Positions 45,539 through 46,266 of a stretch of DNA of 46,266 nt are shown here, piece by piece. The stretch is from NCBI GenBank assembly GCA_964496415.1, contig CAZBZN010000002.1, forward strand, positions 1 to 46,266, given 5' to 3'. The DNA is from Candidatus Micrarchaeota archaeon (GTDB lineage Archaea > B1Sed10-29 > JAJRYS01). Under the pieces are notes generated by a model. The model ran no database searches and was not told the DNA's origin. It saw only the letters and a program-made list of their open reading frames with translations. Made by a program: the position numbers and the translations under genes. Position 1 is the stretch's first letter, and every line of letters begins with the position of its first letter.

Positions 45539-46266
45539 ATGATTAAAGTTCTCACAGCAGGCATTGTCGGAAGCAGGAGCACTTTAGAAGCTCTGGAAAG
45601 AATTCCAAGCCTTGGCCTTGACGGGTTTGAAGTTGAGTTTGTTCGCAGGATCAACATAAGTGATTTAATAGCAAGGGAAATTAAAAAAGCAAACAAGAAA
45701 TGTTATTTGTCAGTGCATGCTCCTTATTTCATAAACCTTGCTTCAAAAGATAAGGAAAAAGTTAACGCTTCTGTGAAAAGAATAGTTGAATCCTGTAGGA
45801 AGGCTTTTTTAATGGGAGCTGAAAATGTAGTGTTTCATCCTGGTTTTTACACTGCTGGTACAAGAAAACAAACTTATGAAGTCATTAAGAAGAGAGTAAT
45901 GGAAATCCTTGAACAAATAAAAACCTACGAAAGCATTAGGCTTTGCCCTGAAACAAGCGGAAAGCCCTCTCAGTTCGGATCCTTAGAAGAGTTATTAAAC
46001 CTGAGAAGGGATACTGGCTGTTTTCTTACTGTTGACTTTGCTCACTTATGGGCTAGGAGTAATGGAACAATGAGTCCTAGGATGATTCTCGAAAGAATAG
46101 AAGCAGAAGATGACGAAATCCTTAAGTCAATGCATGCTCATTTCTCAGGAATAGAGTATGGCAAAAAAGGAGAGAAGAACCACTTGATGCTTGAAGACTC
46201 TGACTTTCCTTGGAAACAACTAGCCGAGAGTTTAAAAGAATTCAAAGTAAGAGGAAGTATTGTATG
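45539..46266 (+). CDS. nfo: Endonuclease IV (AP endonuclease 2 / xylose-isomerase-like TIM barrel), 3' end truncated by window edge
   Basis: Not in the ORF track because it runs off the window. Translates to MIKVLTAGIVGS...SVHAPYFINLAS...VVFHPGFY...CPETSGK...TVDFAHLWAR...MHAHFSGIEY, which contains the metal-ligand His/Glu/Asp pattern of Nfo. Confidence 0.7.
   Translation, partial: MIKVLTAGIVGSRSTLEALERIPSLGLDGFEVEFVRRINISDLIAREIKKANKKCYLSVHAPYFINLASKDKEKVNASVKRIVESCRKAFLMGAENVVFHPGFYTAGTRKQTYEVIKKRVMEILEQIKTYESIRLCPETSGKPSQFGSLEELLNLRRDTGCFLTVDFAHLWARSNGTMSPRMILERIEAEDDEILKSMHAHFSGIEYGKKGEKNHLMLEDSDFPWKQLAESLKEFKVRGSIV

Overview
AT-rich, very gene-dense archaeal chromosome segment. Gene content and protein style (many short, Lys/Glu-rich ORFans, few metabolic genes) suggest a reduced, DPANN-like genome, but this lineage call is inference only. 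About 60 CDS are supported, mostly information processing. They include cysS (partial), a uL11-uL1-uL10-P1 block with Spt5/SecE, FtsZ, aIF1A, aIF2-beta, MCM and AlaRS. Also present are Rio1 with a KH protein, Top6B/Top6A, KsgA-DUF655-RpoF-L21e, TBP, a histone, Hef, Cgi121, S8e and endonuclease IV (partial). Many starts are preceded by an AGGTGAT-like Shine-Dalgarno, and ATG, GTG and TTG starts and 4-nt ATGA/GTGA overlaps are common. RNA genes: one 121-nt intron-containing tRNA just upstream of cysS, and one 252-nt GC-rich structured RNA (44683-44934) that I read as an atypical, oversized 5S rRNA. Accessory content: two RelE-type toxin-antitoxin pairs, a decayed third one inside the ribosomal-protein cluster, a Fic gene with a coupled mini-ORF, several secreted or anchored surface proteins, and a small paralogous ORFan family. 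Other points of interest are an apparent single-polypeptide RaSEA-ArcS (archaeosine) fusion, a TBP gene with 91 nt identical between its two halves, and an E1-like/NcsA sulfur-relay pair with no visible SAMP. I saw no CRISPR array, transposase or integrase. All product calls come from motif recognition by eye, since no searches could be run.
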